Positions 27,508 through 37,122 of a DNA stretch of 64,000 nt are shown piece by piece (positions within the stretch are counted from its first letter, which is position 1; each line of letters starts with the position of its first letter). The notes under the pieces are model-generated. The model searched no databases. It was not told the origin of the DNA and saw only the letters and a list, made by a program, of their open reading frames with translations. The position numbers and the translations under genes are program-made. This stretch comes from Candidatus Melainabacteria bacterium (GTDB lineage: Bacteria > Cyanobacteriota > Vampirovibrionia > 2-02-FULL-35-15): NCBI GenBank assembly GCA_023250195.1, contig JAHFBF010000005.1, positions 172,025 through 236,024 on the forward strand. The letters are read 5' to 3'.

Positions 27508-29820
27508 CTAAACGATCTCTTTAACAGGCTCTTTGTCCATGAGTTCAAAAGCATTTTTTGCAAGTGTAATAATTTTTGAATTTATATAAGGTGCATTTTT
27601 AATATGTCTTAAAAGATCAATTGTTCTTCTTGATGCACGGACTATATCACCTTCGTCGAGATTTGTAATTCTTAAAAGATCCTCCCATTTTGTTTCTTCT
27701 TTACACCAGAGTTGAATTAATCCGGCAAGCAGTGGATTTATATTCACAGAGATTTCTATGCCATTATCCTTTTGTAGTTTAAATAAGTTTCTTGTAGCTT
27801 TTTGCATAGATATAAAAATATCATCAACATGATATGAAGCCCTTGCTTTTATAAATGTCCTTGGGCGGGATGAATCTATAGCTAAAGCAGAAATGCATGC
27901 TGCAAATTCACCGGGAGATAATTTTGAGAAATCACAATTTAAAATCGCTTCAGAGATAAGTAAAATATTTTCACCTCTTAAACTGGCTGCCATCATTCCT
28001 TTTTCACTCGGAGTGTCGTTCTTTAAATATTCAAGCTTATCCAGAATATTTCTTAGTTTCATAAACTCATTCCAATAATAATGTTCCATCTGTCCTGTGC
28101 TTTTGTGTATTTCTTTTAATCTAGCTTCGTCTTTCCTTGCTCTTTTTTCCATTCTGTGGCAGTCTTCTTTGTTTTTACAGGGGAAACAGGGAAAGCTTTC
28201 ATGTTCTTTCATTTCTGTTTTGTAATTATTGTTGTAATGTGCTAACTCGGGATTTTTTTGTTTCTCAAGGATTGAGATCATTCTATTTGTTTCTTTAATT
28301 TTTTCTTCCTGTTTTCTGAATATTTTTATGTCTCCTGGATTTTTTGGATCAGGACATGGATAGTTAGATAGTCCCTGTAATTCTTTCTCCAGAGTATTAT
28401 TTTCTTCAATAAACTTTGCAAGCTCTCTGTTTAGGAGATATTGCCCAAAGCTTTTATTTAACAGATCTTTTATTTGTTCTACAGAATGATTCTGCAGAAG
28501 GTTTAAAACCATTGAATAGTTTGGTGTAAACTGGCTTACAAGCGGTTCTGGAGGGGAAGTGGCTATCTTTGCAGCAAATGCTGCTGAGTGATCAATCGTT
28601 TCTTTAATTACTACATTTCCAACCTCGTCCATTCCTCTTCTTCCGGCACGTCCTGACATCTGCAAAAATTGGTTGCTTGATAAGTTTTGATGACCAGAGT
28701 CGCCGCGTTTCCCAAGGTTACTTATAATTGTAGTTTTTGCAGGCATATTTATTCCTGCTGCAAGTGTTTCTGTAGCAAAAACCACTTTTATTAATCCTTT
28801 ACTGAAAAGACTTTCTACTATTGCTTTCCACTGCGGTAAAAGTCCTGCATGATGAACAGCCATTCCCTGGTAAAGTGCTCCTAGGTGTCTGTGTTTGAAT
28901 AAATATTCATTTCCGTAAGTCTGCTCCTGAATTAACTTTGATAAAATTTGTCTTTCTTCTAGGGTTAATAGTCCAAAACCAAGTCTTTGAGCTTCTTTTA
29001 AGGAAACCTCACAGCCTTTTCTAGAAAAGACAAAATAAATTGCAGGAAGGAATCCTCTCTTGTGAAGCTCACTTATCAGATCCGGGATTGTCCCTTCTTT
29101 TTTTGACTCATTGCGTCTTTTTAAATCACGAAATTTTTGTTTATGAGCTTTAAAAGAATCTTTATGTTCCTTTAGTTGTGGGTTTAGCTGATTGTTTGTA
29201 GTAAGAAGTGGAGATAAATGTGTTTCTGTAAAATAATAAAATCTAAGTGGAACCGGTCTATAAAAAGTTTCAATTAACTCAGTCTGACTGTGTACCTGTG
29301 AAATCCAGCTGGTAAGGTCTTTTGCATTTGCAATTGTGGCAGAGAGAGCAAGTATCTGAAGATTTGGCGGAGAATAAATTATACTTTCTTCCCACACAGT
29401 CCCGCGATCCGGATCATTCATATAATGACACTCATCCAGAACCAGATATCTAAGATGTTTTAAGTTTTCATCTACTGAACCAAGGATGGTTCCATAGAGC
29501 ATGTTTCTATAAATCTCAGTAGTCATAACTATAATCTGTGCATCACGATTAAAAGATGTGTCCCCGGTTACGATGCCTACTTTTTCCTGTCCGTATTGTT
29601 TCTGAAAGTCATGAAACTTCTGATTACTAAGAGCTTTTAGCGGAGTAGTATAAAAAACTCTTTCTTTTGTTTTAAGTGCTTCTTCAATAACATATTCAGC
29701 GATTGCAGTTTTCCCGGCACCAGTAGGTGCGCTTACTACTACGCTGACTCCTTTTTTAAGAGCGTTGATCGCTTGTTCTTGGAAGGGGTCGAGTTTGAAT
29801 AAGTGAGATTGAGGATTCAT
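27508..29820 (-). CDS. Ski2-like (DExH/DECH-box) superfamily-2 helicase, HelY-type
   Basis: Walker A VVSAPTGAGKT. Motif II LVLDECHYMND. Motif III SATIAN. The C-terminal half is consistent with a Ski2 winged-helix/ratchet architecture. Confidence 0.75.
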   Translation of the reverse strand: MNPQSHLFKLDPFQEQAINALKKGVSVVVSAPTGAGKTAIAEYVIEEALKTKERVFYTTPLKALSNQKFHDFQKQYGQEKVGIVTGDTSFNRDAQIIVMTTEIYRNMLYGTILGSVDENLKHLRYLVLDECHYMNDPDRGTVWEESIIYSPPNLQILALSATIANAKDLTSWISQVHSQTELIETFYRPVPLRFYYFTETHLSPLLTTNNQLNPQLKEHKDSFKAHKQKFRDLKRRNESKKEGTIPDLISELHKRGFLPAIYFVFSRKGCEVSLKEAQRLGFGLLTLEERQILSKLIQEQTYGNEYLFKHRHLGALYQGMAVHHAGLLPQWKAIVESLFSKGLIKVVFATETLAAGINMPAKTTIISNLGKRGDSGHQNLSSNQFLQMSGRAGRRGMDEVGNVVIKETIDHSAAFAAKIATSPPEPLVSQFTPNYSMVLNLLQNHSVEQIKDLLNKSFGQYLLNRELAKFIEENNTLEKELQGLSNYPCPDPKNPGDIKIFRKQEEKIKETNRMISILEKQKNPELAHYNNNYKTEMKEHESFPCFPCKNKEDCHRMEKRARKDEARLKEIHKSTGQMEHYYWNEFMKLRNILDKLEYLKNDTPSEKGMMAASLRGENILLISEAILNCDFSKLSPGEFAACISALAIDSSRPRTFIKARASYHVDDIFISMQKATRNLFKLQKDNGIEISVNINPLLAGLIQLWCKEETKWEDLLRITNLDEGDIVRASRRTIDLLRHIKNAPYINSKIITLAKNAFELMDKEPVKEIV

Positions 29821-29985
29821 TTAGAGTTAATGTTAACCTGTTCATAATAATACATTTTCAGCAGTACAAAGTGTTCTTTATGTGCTTGAAAGATATATTT
29901 ATCGAAGTTTGATAAATAACTTCTGGAAAATTTATCGAGTTAAAACCTTTTTAATTGAAATCAGGCTTGCAATTATTAAATTTGT

Positions 29986-31506
29986 TTGATAACAGTGAAA
30001 AAGTCTGCTGAAAATACTTTTTATACGCTGGGGGTAACCATGACTCAACCAACTGTGCATATAAATATGAAAATGCTTCATAGTTTTGCAAGTATAAATA
30101 AAAAAGTAGGAGTTATTCTGGAAATAGGAAATGGCAGTTCAAGTGTAATGCCAGGGGATCTTTTTGTAGGATTGCCGGTTCCAGAAGAGGATGACAATGA
30201 GAAAATAAAAACCTTGATTAGAGCATTGCAAGAGAACAAAGATCCTCAAATTAGAGCAAACGCAGCTTATGATTTAGGTTCTCTTAAATCGAAAGAAGCA
30301 ATACCTGCTCTGATTAAAGCATTAGAACAAGATGATGATTTTTCTGTTAGATGCAGCTCAGCCCGGAGTCTGGGGATGTTACAGTCTGAAGAAGCATTGC
30401 CGGTATTACTCAAAGCATTAAAAGAAGATAAAACAGTAGCAGTCAGAAGTGCGGTAGCTTTTAGTCTGGGTAAATTAGGATCAAAAGATGCAATACCGAA
30501 ATTAGCTGAAGCATTAGCTGAAGAAGGAGCTTACGTAATAATAGGGGTAAATAATAGAGGAACAGTACCAGTTAGAAAAGCAATAGTTACTGCCCTGGGT
30601 GATCTTGCATCAGAAGAAGCAATACCAGTTTTAGCTAAGGCATTAAATGATAAGGATTTAAATGTTAGGATAATGGCAGTTCATTCTCTTGGAACTATAC
30701 ATTCAAAGAAAGCAATACCAGCTTTATCTACAGCACTGCGTACAGATAGTACTAATGTCAGGATTGAGGCAGTCACTGCTTTAGGTGAATTGAAATGTGA
30801 GGAAGTAGTAGCAGATTTGTGTGCAGCACTGCGGTCTGATGAATATGAAGAGATTAGAAAAAAAGCGGCTCATTATCTTGGGCTTATTAAGTCAGAAGCA
30901 ACAATACCAAATTTGATCAAAGCACTAAGTGATCCTGAAGAGGGTGTACACAAGGAGTCAGTTTTAGCATTATCTTCATTTCCATCCGGACTGGAAAAGG
31001 TATTGAAATATTTTATAAAGACAACTGGTCTTAAGGGTAACGATGTTGCAGGTATACAAGAATTAATAATAGTGAATGGTTCTAATGAACAATCAGCTCA
31101 GAATTTATTATCTCTTTTAAAATTAGCTGTCTTAAATTCTGATCAAGCTGATCACTTAACTAAAGAAGAAAAAGAATTATATGATATTTTAACTTCAGAT
31201 GAAAATGACAGTGTCGCGAAAGCTAATCTACTAAACTTACTTTCAGAAGTTTCAGGAAAAACAAAAGATAAAAGTTTACAAAAAGATATAGCAGATATTG
31301 CCAGTTACTTCCTTATAAATGATCCAAACAAAGATGTAAAAAGTAATGCAGTAACAATACTGGACTTAGTACCCCTTGTAGACAAAGAAACAATCAAAGG
31401 ATTTTTAGAAAAAGCATTAGACAAATTAGAATCTAATAATAAGAACAAAAGAGAATATGGTGATGCAATCAGAAGGATAAAATTGCTCCAGGAAGATTTG
31501 AAATAA
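29986..31506 (+). CDS. HEAT-repeat (PBS-lyase type) protein
   Basis: At least 8 tandem ~31-aa repeats of the form D-x-x-VR-x-x-A-x-x-ALG-x-[IL]-x-S-x-EAIPAL-x-KAL. Confidence 0.7.
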   Translation: MITVKKSAENTFYTLGVTMTQPTVHINMKMLHSFASINKKVGVILEIGNGSSSVMPGDLFVGLPVPEEDDNEKIKTLIRALQENKDPQIRANAAYDLGSLKSKEAIPALIKALEQDDDFSVRCSSARSLGMLQSEEALPVLLKALKEDKTVAVRSAVAFSLGKLGSKDAIPKLAEALAEEGAYVIIGVNNRGTVPVRKAIVTALGDLASEEAIPVLAKALNDKDLNVRIMAVHSLGTIHSKKAIPALSTALRTDSTNVRIEAVTALGELKCEEVVADLCAALRSDEYEEIRKKAAHYLGLIKSEATIPNLIKALSDPEEGVHKESVLALSSFPSGLEKVLKYFIKTTGLKGNDVAGIQELIIVNGSNEQSAQNLLSLLKLAVLNSDQADHLTKEEKELYDILTSDENDSVAKANLLNLLSEVSGKTKDKSLQKDIADIASYFLINDPNKDVKSNAVTILDLVPLVDKETIKGFLEKALDKLESNNKNKREYGDAIRRIKLLQEDLK

Positions 31507-31571
31507 TCAGTAGCTATTTTTAAATTAAAAGCTATAATTAGCATGAGCTTTATTCTTAAGGAGATAAATTA

Positions 31572-32429
31572 ATGATTCTCATCACAAACTATATTTCAAT
31601 GATTATTTTCTTTGTTATTTCTGGCTTGGGATTTATTTTTACTTCACCGCTTATGCTGTCAAGCCCGATTCTTGGGAGTATGATTTTTGGTGTAGTTATA
31701 GTAGTTGCAATTTTTATTTCCTCAGGAATAAAAATTGCAGCACAATGGGAAAAAGCAGTTATATTCCGACTTGGGAAATATAGTTCTATAGGTGGTCCCG
31801 GCATGTTTTTTATAGTTCCAATGATTGATGAACTTAGAATGATTGACACAAGAATACTAACTATGGATATTCCAAAGCAGCAGGTGATTACAAAAGATAA
31901 TGTACCGGTTTCAATTAATGGTGTTTTATATTTTTTAGTTTCAAATCCTGAAGCTGCAGTTGTAAAGGTTCAAAATTATTCTTATGCTATCTCACAGTAT
32001 GCACAGGCAGCGCTTCGAGACGTAATGGGGGGCATGACATTTGATGAAATCCTTGCTGAACGGGAGCAAATTGGAAAATCAATTGAACAAAATGTTGAAA
32101 AAGAATCAAAAGAATGGGGACTTGAAGTAAAAGGAATAAAAATCCAGGACATTGATGTCCCTGAAGATTTAAAGAAAATGATGTCGCGTCAGGCATCGGC
32201 AGAAAGAGAAAAAAGAGCCACAATAACAAAAGCAGAAGGTGACAAAATGGCAGCATTAAATCTTGCAGATGCAGCAAGAACAATGCACATAAGCCCAGGA
32301 GCAATGCAGCTTAGAACACTTCAAACTATTGACGGACTTGGACCAACTGCGTCAAATACTGTTGTATTGGCAGTTCCGATAGAAATTATGGAATTAGTTA
32401 AGAAGTTCTCAGAAAATAATAAAAACTAA
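31572..32429 (+). CDS. SPFH/band-7 (stomatin-like, slipin) membrane protein
   Basis: Two N-terminal TM helices, then EKAVIFRLGKY...FFIVPMIDELRMIDTRILTMDIPKQQVITKDNVPVSINGVLYF and a coiled-coil tail. Confidence 0.8.
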   Translation: MILITNYISMIIFFVISGLGFIFTSPLMLSSPILGSMIFGVVIVVAIFISSGIKIAAQWEKAVIFRLGKYSSIGGPGMFFIVPMIDELRMIDTRILTMDIPKQQVITKDNVPVSINGVLYFLVSNPEAAVVKVQNYSYAISQYAQAALRDVMGGMTFDEILAEREQIGKSIEQNVEKESKEWGLEVKGIKIQDIDVPEDLKKMMSRQASAEREKRATITKAEGDKMAALNLADAARTMHISPGAMQLRTLQTIDGLGPTASNTVVLAVPIEIMELVKKFSENNKN

Positions 32430-32592
32430 ATAAGAATAGTTAAGGAATCTGTAATTCAGTGTTTAAGACTTACAATTCTCTTGCTGTTATTTTATGTTTT
32501 AGTAACAATAAGCTTGAAAAAAACAGTAAAGCACCATATACTTTGAACAATTAAAAAACTAATTCATTTTTTATTAATTAAAAGGGGTTTAT

Positions 32593-33885
32593 ATGAAAGT
32601 ACTTCCACATTCTTTTTCTGATTCTATACCTGTTTCCCGCAGAAATTTTCTAGCAACTGCAGCTGGACTTGGAGCACTCTCTCTTGTTGCTCCAGAGGAA
32701 TTATTTGCTCAGATAGAAGGGGTTAATTTAGCTGCAAATTATAGAATAGTCCCGGTTGGAACCAGACAAAAACCAGTTGTAATTTTCTGGCTTGAGGGAG
32801 GAGCTAGTCATATAGATACCTTTAATACTCTTCCAGATGCACCGGTTGAATATCGGGGACCACATGGTTCAATTCAAACATCGGTTCCTGGCTTAAGAAT
32901 CTCTGAGCATCTTCCTTTAATGGCTCGCCAAATGCACAGAGTTGCACTTTTAAAAAATGTTCATCATACACAGGGAGATCATCGTCTTGCAACAAATAGA
33001 ATGTTTACAGGAAGTGATGATGAAAGAAGCAGCGTTCCTGTACATACCCCTTTTACGGTTCGTTTAAAAAAACATCTTGAGGGAACCAATGTTGCACCTT
33101 ATGTTGCATTTAAATCAGATGGTGTTTATTTATGGCCAGCATTAGGTTCAAGCGAAGCACTAACTGTTGATAGGAATGCTGATGCTGCTACCAGTCCTAC
33201 GATGCCTTATAGATCACCGTTCGGACAAGGTTTTGATGTTGCAAGGCATAATGGAAGAACTGGGCTTCTTGGGCAACTCAATAGAACCAGTAGTTTAAGT
33301 GGACCTCAGGTAGAACGATGGGACACACTTACTGAAAGAGCTAATGCTGCTTTGCGGGGGGATTTAAGCAGAGCATTTGATTTAACGAGTGTGCCTCAAG
33401 TACAAAGAGACAGATATGGAAATACTAACCTTGGTAATTCAGCACTTGTAGCCAGAAGGTTAGTTGCTGCTGGAGCACCGTTTATTGTTATAAATAATCT
33501 TGGATGGGATCATCATGGTCAGATAGGAAATGAATTGAGAACTCGTTTACCTGAGCTTGATAAAGCTACATCTTCAATAACTCAGGACTTAGGTAACAAT
33601 GCAGTAGTTGTAATTGCATCTGAGTTTGGAAGAACGCCTCTAGTAAATGGCAGTGCTGGAAGAGATCACTGGCCAAGATCAAATTTCATGGTTATTTCAG
33701 GAATTGGTCAAAAGGTAATAGGTGCACTTGATAACACCGGCAACATAACAGGAAAAGATGGAAGCTTTAATGCAGCACTTATGGGACCCACAATACTTAG
33801 AGCAGCAGGATATGAAATAGTAGAAGAAAGAAGTGGAGTTCTGACTACAAATAAAATGCCTTACTATCAGCCACTTTTTGATTAG
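32593..33885 (+). CDS. Tat-signal DUF1501-family protein (sulfatase-like fold)
   Basis: Twin-arginine signal SRRNFLATAAGLGAL. C-terminal GRDHWP motif typical of DUF1501. Confidence 0.6.
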   Translation: MKVLPHSFSDSIPVSRRNFLATAAGLGALSLVAPEELFAQIEGVNLAANYRIVPVGTRQKPVVIFWLEGGASHIDTFNTLPDAPVEYRGPHGSIQTSVPGLRISEHLPLMARQMHRVALLKNVHHTQGDHRLATNRMFTGSDDERSSVPVHTPFTVRLKKHLEGTNVAPYVAFKSDGVYLWPALGSSEALTVDRNADAATSPTMPYRSPFGQGFDVARHNGRTGLLGQLNRTSSLSGPQVERWDTLTERANAALRGDLSRAFDLTSVPQVQRDRYGNTNLGNSALVARRLVAAGAPFIVINNLGWDHHGQIGNELRTRLPELDKATSSITQDLGNNAVVVIASEFGRTPLVNGSAGRDHWPRSNFMVISGIGQKVIGALDNTGNITGKDGSFNAALMGPTILRAAGYEIVEERSGVLTTNKMPYYQPLFD

Positions 33886-33923
33886 AGTTAAGTCCTTGCA
33901 AATTTAATTTGTTGGTAACTCAA

Positions 33924-34133
33924 TTAATGCAGATTAGGGGGCTGTGGGGTACTAATAATACAGTTGCATTCCATTCCATTACCTAGGCACATACCAGGTA
34001 TTGCATTAAGTAGACAAGGTCCAGCACAGTTACTTGGATCACAGGTACCAACTTGAGCTAAAGCTTGACCAATAGCAGATAGAGAGAATTTTATTATGCA
34101 TAATACAGATATTATATATAAAAATCTTTTCAT
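33924..34133 (-). CDS. Small secreted cysteine-rich peptide (69 aa precursor, ~40 aa mature, 6 Cys)
   Basis: Signal peptide MKRFLYIISVLCIIKFSLSAIGQALA, then GTCDPSNCAGPCLLNAIPGMCLGNGMECNCIIS. Confidence 0.4.
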   Translation of the reverse strand: MKRFLYIISVLCIIKFSLSAIGQALAQVGTCDPSNCAGPCLLNAIPGMCLGNGMECNCIISTPQPPNLH

Positions 34134-34215
34134 AAGATACTTTGCCGCCTACACCTTGATGGAATTGTTCCCTGTCACAGTATTGGTTAAACCTAATTTA
34201 AGAAAGAATTAGATT

Positions 34216-34287
34216 TGGGCTCTACTGGAATCGAACCAGTACTCTCTTCCGTGTGAAGGAAACATCTTACCATTAGACGAAGAGCCC
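34216..34287 (-). tRNA. tRNA-Val (anticodon CAC), 72 nt
   Basis: Hand-folded. Acceptor GGGCUCU/AGAGCCC + A73. D-loop AAUGGUA. Anticodon stem UUUCC/GGAAG with loop UUCACAC. T-arm ACUGG-UUCGAUU-CCAGU. Confidence 0.85.
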
Positions 34288-34373
34288 TAACTTATTAATT
34301 ATATCTATAAAGATCTAATAACGATAAAAGCGGAATAATTTATGCAAGTAAATTATGGAGCGCTATAAAAAAA

Positions 34374-35027
34374 CTATAATATGCCACTAACTAACCAATG
34401 CCTGTCACTGATAGCTTCAGCATTAAGTTTTGACAAATCTGCTTTTTTAAGTTGTTCTTTTACTTCATCTAAAGTAAACGCAGCAAGCAATGAATTGTAA
34501 AAATCTTCTTTAAGCACAGGATGTTCATTTTTTGAATAAAGTTCAACTATTTCTTTAGCTTTTTCAGGAGAATTAGGTCTGAGTAAATCCATTATGAAAA
34601 CAGCAGCTCCACTTTCTCCAAGACGTTTAATCTCTTCCCATAAAACATTTGGATTTGGTAGGTGGTGCAGAATGCTATTTGAAATTATCCCATCAAAAAT
34701 TTTTGATTTAAATGGAAGTCCCGGTAAGTAAGCCTGCATTAGGATAATTTGATTGTTTGATCTTGCTTTTGTTACAGCTTGTTTGGCTGATTCAATCATT
34801 TTTTTAGAGGCATCAATTGCTGTAATGTGTACTTTAGGTAATGACTGAGCTAAACGAATCGGGATATCTGCAGGGCCGCAGCCAAGATCCAAAACGTTTT
34901 TTAAGTTAGGATAATTTTTAATTAAATCATCTACAAATTTTTGATTAACAGAAGAAAAATCGGCCTTTGCATAAGCTGAGACATTTTCTTCTTTGTCCAT
35001 TATTTCTGGTTCTAGTGTACGCTGCAT
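34374..35027 (-). CDS. Class I SAM-dependent methyltransferase
   Basis: Motif I VLDLGCGPADIPIRLA, with post-I acidic and motif II residues. Confidence 0.7.
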   Translation of the reverse strand: MQRTLEPEIMDKEENVSAYAKADFSSVNQKFVDDLIKNYPNLKNVLDLGCGPADIPIRLAQSLPKVHITAIDASKKMIESAKQAVTKARSNNQIILMQAYLPGLPFKSKIFDGIISNSILHHLPNPNVLWEEIKRLGESGAAVFIMDLLRPNSPEKAKEIVELYSKNEHPVLKEDFYNSLLAAFTLDEVKEQLKKADLSKLNAEAISDRHWLVSGIL

Positions 35028-35053
35028 GGTTTAAGTATTGTACACTATTGATT

Positions 35054-35686
35054 ATGAAAGTTTTAGGAGTGATTCTTGTAGTATTATTTAGTTTTATGCC
35101 AACATTTGCTAAAGAAAACATAATCCGTACAAATGAACTTGTGGAAATTATCAAGCTTGATCCTGCATTAAAGCTCGATATTCGCTATGCTACAAAAAAT
35201 AATTTTCTGGGCAGACCTGTTTATAAGGCAGCAAAAGTATTTCTTCAAAAACCAGTTGCAGAGGATTTGATTAAAGTAAATAAAGAATTATACAAAGATG
35301 GCTATGGGATTTTAGTTTTTGACGGGTATCGTCCATGGTCTGTTACAAAGCTTTTCTGGGATGAAACTTCACCTGAAAAGAGAAAATTTGTTGCTGATCC
35401 AAAAATTGGCTCTATTCATAATCGCGGCTGTGCAGTTGATTTAACTCTTTATGATTTAAAAACCGGCAAAGAAGTAAAAATGCCAAGTGAATATGATACT
35501 TTTTCAGAGGCAGCTTATCCTTCTTATATGGGTGGTACTACTGACGAACGCTCTAAAAGAGATTTTTTAATTAAACAAATGCAAAAACATAGCTTCACTG
35601 TTTATGAGTATGAATGGTGGCATTTTAATCATAAAGACTGTGATAAATATGATATTTTAGATATTTCTTTTGAGGAGATTAAGTGA
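35054..35686 (+). CDS. D-alanyl-D-alanine dipeptidase, peptidase M15D (VanX-like), secreted. The start is taken at Met-30 of the listed ORF.
   Basis: Signal peptide MKVLGVILVVLFSFMPTFA. VanX motifs GYRPWS, SIHNRGCAVDLT, EWWHF. Confidence 0.75.
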   Translation: MKVLGVILVVLFSFMPTFAKENIIRTNELVEIIKLDPALKLDIRYATKNNFLGRPVYKAAKVFLQKPVAEDLIKVNKELYKDGYGILVFDGYRPWSVTKLFWDETSPEKRKFVADPKIGSIHNRGCAVDLTLYDLKTGKEVKMPSEYDTFSEAAYPSYMGGTTDERSKRDFLIKQMQKHSFTVYEYEWWHFNHKDCDKYDILDISFEEIK

Positions 35687-35792
35687 AGACTTTCCGTAAG
35701 TGAAAGTCTGAACGCTGGAAATTAAGATAGCCCAGAAATTAAGTTCAAAGCTGATTTTAATCTCTGTTAAAATCAGCGGAATATAAAAAACA

Positions 35793-35863
35793 GGTGGCAT
35801 TTTAATCATAAAGACTGTGATAAATATGATATTTTAGATATTTCTCTGGAAGAGGTTAAGTAA
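35793..35863 (+). repeat. Imperfect direct repeat (53/53 identical, then 14/19) of the last ~71 bp of the VanX-like CDS, including an in-frame stop
   Basis: ggtggcattttaatcataaagactgtgataaatatgatattttagatatttc occurs at 35616-35668 and again at 35793-35845. The tails encode SFEEIK* versus SLEEVK*. Confidence 0.6.
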
Positions 35864-35965
35864 TCGCATTAAATAAAATTAATCTGACCTGGTATTGACT
35901 TTTCAAGATAATTGAAATAACATATTTAACAATGTTAGCAAAGAAGCTTATTTAAGGAGGATTTT

Positions 35966-36142
35966 ATGAGTAGTTTATCAATAGTACATTCTGGAGCAGG
36001 TTCTAGATCTGCTACACATCCAAGGAGAGATTTTACACATAATCGTAGATTGACAGAAAAACCTTTGGCAAAACCAGCTTCTATTCCTCATATTCCCCTT
36101 GCAATAATTCAAGGGCGTGAATTAGGAAGCCGAAAGACATAA
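35966..36142 (+). CDS. Small ORF (58 aa). Shares a duplicated leader with the next gene.
   Basis: Strong RBS aaggagg 6 nt upstream. Leader tttaacaatgttagcaaagaagcttatttaaggagg. Confidence 0.3.
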   Translation: MSSLSIVHSGAGSRSATHPRRDFTHNRRLTEKPLAKPASIPHIPLAIIQGRELGSRKT

Positions 36143-36188
36143 TTAGTTTAACAATCTTAGCAAGGAAGCTTATTTAAGGAGAAAATAT

Positions 36189-36440
36189 ATGGGGTTAACA
36201 ATTGGACCACTAGCTTTAGCAGTTTTAACTTTTGGTTTACCAAGTAGTCAGATGCAATTGTCAAAGGATCTTTATGCTCCATCACATCAATCAATAGAAA
36301 CTAAAAAAGGTGGCAAGACGACTTTCTCTGAACAAAGAACAGGTCTTAGTCAATCGGCTAGAAAACAGCAAGCAGCTCTTATACCAGTAACAGGACAACA
36401 GGAATATAATAGACGTACTATACAAATGGTAAAAGGCTAG
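36189..36440 (+). CDS. Small hypothetical protein (83 aa)
   Basis: Preceded by a near-identical leader tttaacaatcttagcaaggaagcttatttaaggag. Confidence 0.35.
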   Translation: MGLTIGPLALAVLTFGLPSSQMQLSKDLYAPSHQSIETKKGGKTTFSEQRTGLSQSARKQQAALIPVTGQQEYNRRTIQMVKG

Positions 36441-36653
36441 TTTTTCGGATACCTGTCATATATCCAGATTTCAATTGATTTAGTTATCACATAGACAGTA
36501 TTTAGCAGGCTTGAAATATAGTAATCCTATAAAGCAATCCCACAAACAAATTACATAAATGAGAGCTAGATTGCTACACCTCACTTTGCTCGGCTCGCAA
36601 TAAACGTTTAAAAAAACAACTCCAGAGGTATATTGAAAATCTAGGAGTAAGCC

Positions 36654-37004
36654 ATGAATAAATTTTTATTTTTCTCAATTTTATTTTTATTTTCAAATAA
36701 TTTAGTTTTTGCTCAGTGTGGTTATCATGCACGTCAAAATCAGGCCACAGAAAATATCCGCCAGAGAAGCTCTGTAATAATTCAACAAGGGATAAAAAAT
36801 TTTAAAAAACTTGCAACAATTTCTAAACGACATGCAAAAAACTTTGCCATATCTCATTATCAGGGAAAAGTTAAAAAAGCAAAACTTGTAAAAGAAGAAG
36901 ATACTCTTGTATGGATGATTGAAATAAAAGGTAATCAGGGACAAAAAGAACTTTTTATTGATCCGGCAAATGGTGCATTTCTTGGATATGGGTTAACTAA
37001 GTAG
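36654..37004 (+). CDS. Secreted PepSY-domain protein
   Basis: Signal peptide. C-terminal KLVKEEDTLVWMIEIKGNQGQKELFIDPANGAFLG resembles the PepSY fold. Confidence 0.5.
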   Translation: MNKFLFFSILFLFSNNLVFAQCGYHARQNQATENIRQRSSVIIQQGIKNFKKLATISKRHAKNFAISHYQGKVKKAKLVKEEDTLVWMIEIKGNQGQKELFIDPANGAFLGYGLTK

Positions 37005-37122
37005 ATAATAAGTAGTTTTCAAATATTGTAAATATAACGTTTATGAGATTGCTTCGTCGCTTACGCTCCTCGCAATGACGTATTACCCTTGTTTTTATGA
37101 ATTGTGCTATTTTATTTATAGT

